Positions 1-11,875 of a stretch of 64,000 nt of DNA are shown piece after piece. The first letter of the stretch is position 1. Each line of letters starts with the position of its first letter. The notes under the pieces are model-generated. The model saw only the letters and a list, made by a program, of their open reading frames with translations. It was not told where the DNA came from and did no database searches. Made by a program: the position numbers and the translations under genes. The stretch comes from Eledone cirrhosa (Eukaryota), in assembly GCA_964016885.1 (NCBI GenBank), contig OZ024758.1:3968001-4032000 (forward strand), in the 5' to 3' direction.

Positions 1-65
1 TGATGTTAATAATCATCAAACAAATATTGTTGAAGTATATATATATATATATATATATACATATA

Positions 66-557
66 GATCTTGAGTATATGTTGGTTGTATACCAACACCT
101 CAGTATGCAGGCTGGAGCACTCGACGAGGTGCGCAGGTTGGTTTCGTTACTCCGGAGTAATGTAAAATAAAGTAAAATAAAAAGTCAAATGTTTAAAATT
201 TAGCTTCGTTTATTACTGCTATATATATTTCGGTGACAGCCATCTTTGGCTGTGACCTCTTCAGGCAGTCCGAATTAGTGTGGTATAGACAAGTACATAT
301 GTTGTTGAGGTGTATAATTTTTTCAATACTCTGATATGCCCAGTTCCTGGTTGGGTTGTTATTTCACTGAGGAACTGGAATCATATGATTCCAGTTCCTC
401 AGTGAAACTAGAAGATCCCGTTAAGGATGAAAGCAGCGATTCTTTGCTTAAACTTTAATCTGTTATTTTAATAAATATTTGCTCTTATATATCTGATTTA
501 TATTTATCCTTATCGTGCCCTCTTTGGATTTTAGCCTTCACATTTTTTATTATTACT
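66..557. mobile_element. Composite of PLE-like pseudo-LTR fragments between two (TA)n tracts
   Basis: Minus-strand HHR plus AATAAA (209-269), perfect 46-bp palindrome (362-407), and a plus-strand piece (408-557) homologous to 4915-4937 and 54421-54488. Confidence 0.6.
215..269 (-). ncRNA. Minimal type-I hammerhead ribozyme, intact core
   Basis: Minus strand reads ACUGC-CUGAAGA-GGUCACAGCCA(AAGA)UGGCUGUCACC-GAAA-UAUAUA-UA-GCAGU: 5-bp stem I, 10/11-bp stem II, palindromic stem III, AUA cleavage triplet. Confidence 0.8.
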
Positions 558-2164
558 ATATATATATATATACACATAAATAATTGCACACACACAGACA
601 CAGACAAAGACAGACACACACACACACCCATTTATATATATATATAAACAGACATAGAGAGAGACGAATTAATAGATAGGCATGTAGATAGATAAATATA
701 TAAACACATATATAGATAGATGGATAGATGAGTATATGAATAGATGGATAGATGGATAGATAGATAGATAGATAGACATAATTTGTCCCAAAAAATAAAT
801 TGTTTTCAGACATTTTCAAACAAAAATGGATCGACATTATTACAGCAAGGATATATAACTGTAGAGACATATAATATAGCAGATAATTGCTGGAGTGAGG
901 TTTATCTTTGTTTTCTTTTCGGTACATATATATACATGGAAAAAAAATCATGCTTTTCTTATCTGTGTGTTTTTGTCCTTATTATTTGTCTTTGCTGGAG
1001 ACAGTGACTAAACATGACTTACTCATCCGTGTTCTTTAGTATTTGTTTTCTTAACCTGGCAATAATAACACGCATTAACTGGGCAAATAACTCCAATGGT
1101 AGGGACACCAGGCGGTTTGATGTCAGTGTTTCGTTTATTTAAACAGCATCTCTTCTTATACAGAGTTATGACGGTTTGCTATTTCAATCATTACAAACAT
1201 AAAATGTGAATGATTTCCTTCTATTTACTGAATCATTGCAGCTTTTCCATTAATATTTTCTGTAAGATCAATTTTCCAGCTACATCTTTTTGTGACTTTT
1301 GTTGATACGTGTAAAGGTGAAATCTCTTGCGATATTCTCACAGAACGTAACTTTAATATAAATCATTTCTTAAGAAAGGAAATCCAAAGAAAACTGTTAT
1401 ATACGAAATTAGTTCGATCTATTCATTCCTACTAAAATCATGATTGGTTTGGATTTGGCATGCGTAGACGAGAATGTTCCAAATTTTCATTAAATATTGT
1501 GGACACTGTAGAATCTGAGGAAATCACGAGAAAACATGGCTGCTTGTGCTAATCGGTGGCTGTATGAGGAATGGTTGTATTGAAAGCTGCACTTACATTG
1601 GTGAGATATGATCGGAATGTAAAAGAATAAAAAATCACGTCTATGGATTGTATTTAAACCAATTTTGAGATTTCTGGTTATAAATATTTTCTATAGTGGA
1701 GTGATAGCATTAAGGAAAAAATGAGAAAAGTTAATATATTTATCAGGAACCTGCTAGACGTTAATAATAAGTATGGGGTATATGGAACTATTGACACTAG
1801 AGAGCATTATATGAAGTCCTTGACAAGTATGACTGATGAAGTTTATTTCAATGTTCTCAGAGTACAAACCATATTTCGGATCATAATGATTGAAGAGAGA
1901 GAGAAAAAAAACTCTTTAACTGAAAAACGAAAAAAGTGAGAAAATTACAGAAATGATAAACGGTGTTTAAGAAAATCTTAGCACTGCAGCAAACACTCAT
2001 CTGCTTCGTTACACATGCACGAAAATAAAAGATTTACAAAGAAACAACGTATATTTCTCAGATTATTCAATATTTTGTAATCGATCACATATAAATACAA
2101 CGCTATTACCACATAGAAGTAGTTTTCCCAGTTGTATTATAAGTATGTATGTAATATATTTTAC

Positions 2165-2432
2165 ATGTGTTTTGTCCTTCAACAAGACAATTTATTTCAC
2201 GTTGTTTCAGTTTACTCAGCTGTAGACATGGGTTGCAGTGTCTCAAGTGCAGAGGTTTATCGACCGTTGCCTTTCTCTTGGACAATATTTGTGGTATGGA
2301 AAGGGGTGACTGGTATGAATTGGCGATTGCTGGTTATCCTCAAACAACCTTGCCCAGAATTGTGCCTCGGAGGGGAAATTGCAAGGTGAAAAATCCCATA
2401 GTAATTTGTAACTAGATGGGGCTTTCCCTTCA
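2165..2432 (+). mobile_element. CORE-type SINE, 5'-truncated, tail type 2
   Basis: TTTATTTCACGTTG..CAGTTTACTCAGCTGTA core; tail homologous to 48665-48884 on the minus strand. Confidence 0.7.
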
Positions 2433-2452
2433 CATACATACACACATACACA

Positions 2453-2527
<75 letters not shown>

Positions 2528-2854
2528 TAGCTAGATACATTAACTTACAGGATTATATAAACGCTTCTTTTTCACTCGAATTGTCATATTGGCTTTGGCA
2601 GAGATGCAACAAATCAGTGTTTGTTGCATCGGAAACTTATACCCAAATATGATATGTATTATTAATCGTATGTATGTTAAATAAAATAAAATAAACAACA
2701 TGATGCGGCAGATTGATCATGGCCTCTCCTAGGGCTAAATAACAGTATCAAGACGACAAAAAATTACAACAAAAAGAAACAACCATTTCTTATAATAAAG
2801 ATAATAATCTAGACAGCGGTCTTATATTTACTTTAGAAACATTAAGTATTACGA

Positions 2855-2913
2855 AATTTACTTTTGTTTCAAATCTATATTCCAATATATTGTGGTAGAC
2901 ATCTTCAGTTGAC
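2855..2913 (-). ncRNA. Degenerate hammerhead-like motif
   Basis: Minus strand CUGAAGA, imperfect hairpin, GAAA-C-AAAA-G-UA; stem I does not pair. Confidence 0.25.
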
Positions 2914-3304
2914 ATATATATATTCGTTGATGTATCGAAAATGGCGTGAGTAACCACAATATGTACGTATCATTTACATCAATTGGTTTTATAGCGAAGA
3001 AGAAAACAAATTGATCGATAGAGACATATACAGATGGGTGGATTAACAGAAGTAAATATAGAACTAATCTTTATTTTCTTACTGCAGTTCGGCAATTTAT
3101 CTTCTGTGAGTTTAAAATTTCGGAGGAAAACATCTGTAATATGAAAGCAATGGACGTATGCCATATAAAGCCACTAAAATACACACATAGCCATACGAGG
3201 GTCGTTTCAACAGTTCATAGGATGAACAAGATACTCTCATGGAATGACCAAATGAGGTTTAATTTTCAACATAATCCTTGGAAAGAAAACAAATTAGTTA
3301 TTAA

Positions 3305-3523
3305 TAATGGTTTCTTATATAGACACAAGGCCAGCAATTCTGGGGGAGGGGAATGTCGATTAAATCGACACCAGTGCATGACTGGTACTTTATTTTATAG
3401 ACCTCGTAAGGAGGAAAGGCAAAGTTAACCTCGGCGTGATTTGAAATCAGATCATAAAGGGCCGTAACTCTATGCTGCAAAGCATGGCGTCCGACCCTCT
3501 AGCAATACTGCCAATACATGGCC
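3305..3523 (-). mobile_element. tRNA-derived SINE family A (Meta/MESC-like central domain)
   Basis: Reverse complement of the recurring GAGGTTAACTTTGCCTTTCATCCTTACGGGGTCGATAAAATAAAGTACCAGT motif. Confidence 0.8.
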
Positions 3524-4774
3524 CTAAAGAAGTTATTAATAATATAATTTGAAGTTAATGCATGCAAGATTTCACAGCTCAAGCATCATTTCTTTCATAA
3601 TCAACATATTAACTTTTCAGGCGACGCTCATATGTTTTCTTAAGAGTTCAAAGCAAAAGCAAAACAATAAAAATTTAATGAACAGTTTCAATGTCTAATA
3701 TGAGGAATTCAACTCATTGTGATTGGAAACTGTAAATTCTGATATAGGAATGTAGTTCAAATAACATCTTATATTTAGCACACCAGGGAGAGGTATATAG
3801 ATCAATTATATTTTTATAGGTTTTAATGTGGATATGCTCATATCTTCCCACATAACGAGCTTCTCCCTTCTCCCACTGTATTTTTTGTATACAGAAATCG
3901 GTCTCTATTTTCGCTGCAAATATCCCCTACGTCTCTCTACGATGACATCGCCACATCACCACACTTTTGTTTCTATCTTTCTGTATCTCTCTCTCTCAGA
4001 TACTCTCTCTCTCTCTCAACCTGCCTGTCTTTCTATTTATGTACATCTCTCTCTCTCTCTCTCACACACATTCTTTATGTCTGTCTCTCTGTCACCTATT
4101 CTCCCCCTCTTTCTCTCTCGTGCGTACAATTCCTTTGTTATATTAAGAGATCTGCTGTTAATAAACGATTTATTTGCCACATATATGACTTTTATTTGAC
4201 AAATTTAAATACAAACTCTGTAAATTGAAATGAAAGACGTCATCGTACAGAACAAAGTGGAAAACTGTAGACATGGACACATGTCTGCACCAATATATAT
4301 TTATAATAAATTCAATTCTAAATTTAGTGTGACGTTTGTCATTTACATATCTTAAAATGTCATGTAATAAATTGCAGGTTAACACAGTTCAATTGACTGT
4401 CGTTCTAATACAAATATTGGCAGGCTTTCAATACTGAGGTTTACGACTGGCTATTAAATGCCTTTTCAAATGTGATTTACATAGAAATTCATATTTAAAT
4501 TGTTAGTTTAAACCATATACAGGGCGTCTGAGTCTTTAATATATGAATATATAATGGGTTTCAAATAATTTATTTCAAGGATTAAATTGAATATAATTTG
4601 AGTTGAATAAGTGATTAACAATTTCTTTTTTCTTCATTTAAACTAATTAATCATCATAAATAGGGCATGTTTATAAAACAGATTGCCTTATCGCATTCTA
4701 CTTTTCATTTGATTGAATTTTATCATTGTATATGTATATAAAAAGATATGAAAAGAATATATATATATATATAT

Positions 4775-4890
4775 ATTTAATATAGAAATGGCTTCGACAG
4801 GACTAGAACTGTTTCATTCGGGAGAAACTCTGCTTTGTATTGAGTACCTTACTTACTGCGGTTACCTCCGATTGAACCCGGGATAAACTT
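4775..4890 (+). mobile_element. PLE-like short element (family AB) with inverted 5' half
   Basis: 4775-4827 is the reverse complement of the 5' half, and 4828-4890 is the 3' half, of the colinear copy at 27432-27560; flanked by (TA)n. Confidence 0.7.
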
Positions 4891-4960
4891 ATATATATAT
4901 TAATTTATTATAAGAACAGATTAAAGTTTAATCTGTTTTTACAACAAATATTTGCTGTAC

Positions 4961-5000
<40 letters not shown>

Positions 5001-6048
5001 TATATATATGTGGCTGCGACTTGATATTATTCGACTAATAGTAAATTCGTAGTAGGCGTGCATTAATACTCACACAAATATTATTTGTGTTTCTTGTAGG
5101 GGTTTGTTTATTATGTCACTGAGAACTAATTTATCTGTAATATATAATAAACATCGGATTAACTGGTATTTTTTCTGTCTTCGAAATTATACAAATATTC
5201 TTTAAAATTAGCGTTAATCTCTTAAATAATTATAATCGCTTTTGTCACCACGTCTGTCACTCACTTTCTGTTTATCACTCTATATATCATATTATTTCTA
5301 CCGCAATGCTATAGAATATTGAGGCATATGATATCACATGACATAGAAATGTGGTATAAGACAGTAATTTATACAGAAAATATGGTTGTTTGTATAAGGT
5401 TTAAATCTCTTAAGCGATTCTGGTGTCAGTATTTTTTTACTTGAAAAAAAAAAATGATGACAAGAATTATTGAATAAAACGTAAGATGATGGGAATGTTT
5501 TATGAAGTAATAACCTGAATGGATGTATTTTTCATGTGTTTATTTACCAATGCAACTTCTTTATAGGAAACATATATTAATATTATATTGAATCAATGGT
5601 AAATAGAACAATTGTGTTTCTCTCATCTGTAAACACATAAAATCTTTTGAGTACCTCTACAGAAGCACAAATATATACAGGAAAATACACGAGAATATGC
5701 AAACAGATACAAATTCACCTGAACCTCGATGAAAGGAGTAATCGACGAGATTACTCACCTGTTAGAATTTAGCAACCATTTCTTGCTGATACCACAGTCA
5801 GTTTCCTTTCAAAAAATAGCACATTAGCGAATCGAGTTTGCGATGCACTGTATCTGAGCCACACCTCGGGAAACAGAGTTTACCAAGGTCGGAGGAAATT
5901 GGCGTAGAGGTCGGCTGAATCAAATCAACAATGAAACATGAAATGTAACTCTTGACATGATACTAATATTTCTTTTGGAAATGGACATCAAAGACATTAA
6001 AGGATATATGTTCATCGTGGTTATATATATGTATATAGATATATATAC

Positions 6049-6092
<44 letters not shown>

Positions 6093-6093
<1 letters not shown>

Positions 6094-6502
6094 TATTGTT
6101 ATACTTGGGGAGGGTCATATTTGTGTAATATTGCCAGAATTAATAACAGAACACACTCACTGTTTGGTTGGTTTTCGCTTTTCGCTTCTGTGTCTTTTAT
6201 ATCGGTAATCTAATTTATTCGGTCCTCAATGTTGCCATTGACTGACTAACGGTCAAAAATAATACAGTTACAATATAGACACAAACACATATATATAGTT
6301 TATCAAAGTTCTTTCGTTGCACATCTGCAACATCGTCAGTGGTGCTATTGTTTCCTCCTGTTGCATTGTATTTTCTACGCCATCTTTATTTAGTCTGTTT
6401 ATATATTTAATTATTTATTTAAGACCCTCCCCAAGTATAACAATATTTGTTTTGACACACGATTTCATATCAAAAACCTCGCAAAACTAATTCATCGCCG
6501 TT
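6093..6502. mobile_element. PLE-like pseudo-LTR with 24-bp inverted repeats and ORF-start tail
   Basis: Inverted repeat 6093-6116/6423-6446; HHR-like motif at 6301-6344; 6421-6501 encodes KTLPKYNNICFDTRFHIKNLAKLIHRR, homologous to 61965-61885 (minus). Confidence 0.65.
6301..6344 (-). ncRNA. Degenerate minimal hammerhead ribozyme
   Basis: CUGACGA-U-GUUGCA(GAUG)UGCAAC-GAAA-GAAC-UU; stem II perfect, stem I weak. Confidence 0.45.
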
Positions 6503-6641
6503 ATATATATATGCCGGAAGTCCATCTCGGTGGCTAAAGACTTTTTAGATGTTTTTTACTGTTTGTATGTAAAAAAAAAAGAAAATATTCATCTCATATA
6601 TATATATATATGTGTGTGTGTAACTACATACAGACACACAA

Positions 6642-6695
<54 letters not shown>

Positions 6696-7559
6696 ACTCA
6701 AGGAGGGACGGGTAGGGCCAATTACCCTTTTCACAACCTCCAAGATTTTGGAGATATAGGGACGACAGTATCGCCTAACGGGACGCCTGTTTTTAATGCT
6801 TGTTTGAGAGAAAGTGATTTCTTAAATTGTGTAAGAATTTCATTTCGCTAGAATGTGTTCAGTTCCCTATAACACGTACGGAATGAATATGAAGCAATTG
6901 TATTTTATGACGTGTGAAGACATTGCTGGTGTTGCTAGGATCTCCACATTGCTGATTAAATTCCTATCAGAATAAGTATGTTAGGAGACATTGTTTCGTG
7001 TGGTGATATTTGGGTCTGGTTCTAAAAGGGTGTCAGTCTTCCTAGGACAAAATGCTTCTGCTGGCTCCGTTGACAGGAGGCTGGGTTTGATCTCATAAAG
7101 AAGAGAAGATGAACATATATCGCAAGACTTCGTGTCGCAGGATCCTGGTGCAATATTTATCAATTCAGCATGTATAAAAACTAAAGTCAACCAGAGCATA
7201 TAGCCAATAGATATTCCGCAAGGCATTTAATCCGGCACTCTCTCTATATCGGATTTCACTGTATTAGTTCTACTCTCTAGCTGATATATTAGATAATTAG
7301 ATAATTGAAATGTTTCCTAATAAGTAGTCCTATATTAATTAATATATTTCTATTAAATATATATATTTTTATGTATTTTTTTCCTTAATGTTTTATTTAT
7401 AAATATATATTCTCAGAATTATTATTCTTGCCCTAAATAACAACCAGCTGAAACTAATATTAATTAATTAATAGTATTGTATTCAACTATCGGCATTTTT
7501 GTATGTATGTGTGTATATGTGTATGTATACGTATGTATATATGTATGTATTTATGTATG

Positions 7560-7603
<44 letters not shown>

Positions 7604-8199
7604 TACACACACACACACATATATATGCATATATACACGCACACACGTCCCTAACTATTTCTCTATCAATCTCTCTCTTTCTCCCCCCCCCTCTCTCTCT
7701 CTCTATACACACACACACACACGTGTGTGTGTGTGTATATATATATATATACACACACACACGTGTGTGTGTGTGAAAATCGGTGCACATATGGGGAAAG
7801 TAAATAAATATGCTCGTCCATGAGATTCTATATATATATATATATATAAGCAGGCAATGCAGTAATTAATTAATTTAATCCATGGCTGTGTTAATCCTTC
7901 AATACTCGGTAAGATCTATCGTTATCTGCTACTGATACGATTTCCTATTTTTGAAATTATCATAAATTTTAGTTATTTCTTTCTCTTCACGTAAATATTG
8001 AGACATCAGGTATGAAATTGTGTAGAAATTTCTAGAAAAATTTTTTTTATACAAATTTCAAACTTGACAACCCGATATATACATGTATTGATACACGTGC
8101 GCCACTCTTAGATACGTGTGTGTTAGCGAGATAGTGTGTGTGTAAGTGGGATTGTGCGTGTTTAAGTGAGTGTGTATGAGATTGTGTGTGAAGGTGTTT

Positions 8200-8345
8200 G
8201 AAGATGTGTGGCCAGTTGATTAGGGTGTTAGATTTATGATGATAATGTTGTGGGTTTAATTCGTGGACTTGGTTTTGTATTGTGTTTTTAAAGAAAACGT
8301 TTCAATACATGATGCTCCAGCATAGGCAGCTGAAATGAGTACCAA
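8200..8345 (+). mobile_element. Old CORE-type SINE head
   Basis: Degenerate A/B boxes and the GCTCCAG..CAGCTGAAATGAGT core end. Confidence 0.45.
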
Positions 8346-8384
8346 CAGTCCCAGTCTGGCGGAATTTCATATTATATTCCATTG

Positions 8385-8700
8385 AACTTCGTTTGTCGAC
8401 GCTAATCTCAGCCAGTTGCAGACTGCGCATCAACATGAGATATTTTTCTCCACAAAGTTCGATCACCAGCAGCAGAGTTTAAAGAGCAAAAATCAAGTCC
8501 AGTCCATAAGTTGACATTATCAAACCATCGTTTTGGCAGCCGGCCTCTGCTTTTCTTACCAGCCAACCTTCTTTCCAGACATAACCTACTCACACCACCA
8601 GTTCATCTTTTTATATAACCGTATAGTTTGAGCACTCTTGACTTGACAATTGATGTAATTGGTCTAAGTCTGGTAATCTAACCAATGTAGTCGTTTATTT
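8385..8700 (-). pseudogene. RTE-clade LINE 3' fragment (C-terminus of the RT ORF)
   Basis: Translation ...IVKSRVLKLYGYIKR*...CLERRLAGKKSRGRLPKRWFDNV..AAGDRTLWR fits the RTE C-terminal pattern GH..R / G.R.RGRP..RW.D / DR..WR; contains stops. Confidence 0.75.
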
Positions 8701-8766
8701 ATCAATCTACAACATAGCTGAATATAGAATACGATCTGATTAACAACTAATTTGACTCTAAAATCC

Positions 8767-8922
8767 ACCAGTTGCAGACTGCGCATCAACATGATATATT
8801 TGTTATAAGTTCGATCATAAACAACAGAGTTTAAACAGCAAAGATCAAGTCCAGTCCATAAGTTGACTTTGTTAAGCCATCATTGTCACGCCAGCCTCTG
8901 CTTCTCTTATCAGCCATTCTTA
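8767..8922 (-). mobile_element. Second diverged copy of the RTE 3' end
   Basis: Direct repeat of about 8411-8575 (CCAGTTGCAGACTGCGCATCAACATG...). Confidence 0.75.
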
Positions 8923-8929
8923 TCTGATC

Positions 8930-9085
8930 TTTCGAATTAATGGTACAACTCATTTTTGCCAGCCGATTGGACTGGAACAAATTAAAATAAAATGTCTTAT
9001 TCAAAGACACAAATCGCCGCAGGGAAGCGATCTCACGACCTTACGATTGTGAGCCACATACCCTAACCACACAGCCACGGGCTTT
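8930..9085 (-). mobile_element. CORE-type SINE
   Basis: Minus-strand head GTGGCTGTGTGGTTAGGG followed by a GTGTCTTTGAATAAGACA core-like segment. Confidence 0.65.
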
Positions 9086-9267
9086 TACATTATCGTAATC
9101 AACACCACCAAAAATAAACATTCGATGTTTTTAAGTTTTAAAAGGATGGAATAGAATTATAAATCTCTCTTTCAATTGTAAACAAACGCATTCGTTATGT
9201 ATGTTTGCATTTTCTAAGTGTACTAGCAATATATCGACTAATAGAATGAACTCTACAGATAATGAAC

Positions 9268-9435
9268 ACAGCCACAAGGATATGGTCCAAACGTGGAAGA
9301 GCCGAACTCCCACTGTCATCGCCTCCATCTCTTTCGCCCTGCCCATCTCTCTGTAAGGTGAGCAAATGGGGTCCCACCCACCACGTGCTGGCCTCCCCAC
9401 AGCCCCGGCGGACACAAGGCTTTTCCTCGGAATCA
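9268..9435 (-). mobile_element. Possible L1/Tx1 3'-UTR fragment
   Basis: GC-rich island ending in CCTTGTGGCT, the same terminus as the Tx1-like fragment near 59506-59526. Confidence 0.3.
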
Positions 9436-9579
9436 AATATATACTATAAACCTTCTAGATTTTAGGAGTCTTCCCATCTTTCTTTAATGTGTAGTGAACT
9501 CTGAGACTTTCCATCGTTGTCAGCAGCATCATCATCGTCATAGTCATCAACATATTCATCACCCCCACCAATATATTGG

Positions 9580-9885
9580 TGATGCTGCTGGTGCTACTAC
9601 TGCCACTACTACTACTACTACTACCACTACTACTACTACTAATACTACCACTACTGCTTCTACTACTTCTACTACTACTACTACTACTACTACTATTACT
9701 ACTACCGCTACCTCTGCTACTACTGCCGCTAATGCTGCTGCTGCTGCTGCTACTACTACTACTACTACTTGCTGCTACAAAAAGACATCAACAACAACAA
9801 CAATAAAATAATAATAATATTGTTTATCATGTATTATCATTATTATTGTTATTATTATTATTTTTATTATCATCATCATTTATAT
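9580..9885. repeat. Compound trinucleotide repeats (CTA/CTG/ACA/ATT)
   Basis: Seen directly; explains the poly-Thr and poly-Leu ORFs. Confidence 0.9.
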
Positions 9886-10347
9886 TTTCTAGACTATTCA
9901 TCATTTCAGTTTTGGCATTTAAAGATTAAGTCTTGCGTTAAAATGAGGAATTTTGGCTTCCTACTCCCTTTCATCTCCCCATTCTCGTTCTATCCAACGT
10001 GATTCTCTCTATCATAATCTCTCAGTTAGTTTCTACATTTCCTCCACCTTCCCTGCTTTCGTTTCTAATGTCACCCTTCCTATTTAATCGTCTTTATCAA
10101 TCTCATTCTCAACCTCGTTTTGAATCTCCTATGCCATTTACTGATTTTTTTTTTTTATTTAGCTTGGTTTTTATCACACAAATATAATTATATATATATG
10201 TATATATATTTATGAATTTATATATATGAATTAATATATATGCATGCATGTATGTATATATATATATTTATATATATACATATATATGTATGACTTGTAT
10301 ATATATATGTGTGCGTGTGTATGTAGATGTACATGTATATATATATA

Positions 10348-10400
<53 letters not shown>

Positions 10401-10864
10401 ATATATATATATATATCATATTGTATATATAAATGAGTGTGTGTGGGGGAGTGGTTTTGAGTGTGTATTCACACATTTTTTGCAATTTCTTATTTTAGTA
10501 CATTTCAATGAAGTTAACTATAAAATATATGCCAAAATTATTTCCATCGATTCATCCATTACACTTCTACAGATAATGACGATAACGTTAATGTAGAAAA
10601 ATTGTTAATATAAAATCATAACTACTATGTATTTTTGAATTAAAGAAGTAACATATACGTCTTCTTTCGGTATATATATATATATACACACACGCATCTA
10701 CACATACACATAAACGAACACACTCTCTCTGACATATATACATATGTGTGTATGTGTATATACATATATATATATAAATATATGAATACACATTTCTCTA
10801 TATATAATTTATATATCCGCACACACACACACACGCACACACACACATATATATGTGTGTGTGA

Positions 10865-10993
10865 GTCCCGGGTTTAATAGAGGCTAGTAACCATAGTCAG
10901 TAAGTTACTCAATACATTAGTTGAGTGTAAACATCAAATTTAGTATAGACATTACTTCTACAGGACTAAAACTGTTTCATTCGAAGGAAATCA
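10865..10993 (-). mobile_element. Family AB PLE-like element, diverged
   Basis: CCCGGGTT...CTTCTACAGGACTAAAACTGTTTCATTCG matches the reverse complement of 27432-27560. Confidence 0.65.
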
Positions 10994-11014
10994 TATGATG
11001 CACTTTCATTGTTT

Positions 11015-11181
11015 TTGGCAGTATCGGTAAAGTGTCAGACAACATGCTTTGCAACAAAGAGTTAAGTCCCTTTATGGTCTGAGTTCAAATCCCGCCGATG
11101 TTAACTTTGCCTTTCATCCTTACGGGGTCGATAAAATAAAGTACCAGTAATGGCCTTGTGCCAAATGTAGAAACAATTATT
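11015..11181 (+). mobile_element. SINE family A
   Basis: GAGTTCAAATCCCGCC B box, central domain, GGCCTTGTGCCAAA..GAAACAATTATT tail. Confidence 0.85.
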
Positions 11182-11724
11182 TGATCTTTTGTTCCTTTTT
11201 TTTCTTATATTTCCTTTTTTCTCTCTCATTTTGTTTCTTTAATAATTAGTTTTGTTTTCCTTAAATACTGCTAAATTATTTTAATTTAATTACATCCTAG
11301 ACATAAAATACCATGTTCAATGATAATAAAAAATATACTTTAAAAAAATATATATGTCTATAAAAATACGTTAAACAGAAAGATATGCCCAAAAGAATTA
11401 CATGCACATCCATTAAAATACGAGTGTCTGGCGGTGATATAATAAATAAAGTAATATATACTTATTTAAAACACTGGTTTGCTATGTATGCTATTTAGAT
11501 TGACCATTTATCTAAAGTTCTGGTTTATATTCGATATAAAGAATTATCTGATCTGTCTTCTCTTCGGTAGTGTAGGTTTACTTTCCGATGTACAGCCAAC
11601 TAGCTGCGAATCATGTGAATGAAATATCTTTTTAATTTTTCTGTGTACGAAATGAATAAGAAAACATCTTGAGTGTTACAGAGCACACACACACACACTC
11701 ACACTCACACACACACACACACAT

Positions 11725-11755
<31 letters not shown>

Positions 11756-11812
11756 AGAGAGAGAGAGAATAAGAAAATGCGAAGTAGTTTCAGATGTTAA
11801 AGTTCTTGTATG

Positions 11813-11875
<63 letters not shown>

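Noticed and set aside
6981-7226. 81-aa ORF with FCPRKTD, reminiscent of a piggyBac Cys-rich end
   Set aside because: Cys spacing is incomplete and no TTAA-bounded TIR pair is visible.
9494-9811. Mucin-like poly-Thr ORF (also Asp-rich 39225-39617)
   Set aside because: Trinucleotide repeats with no unique coding context.
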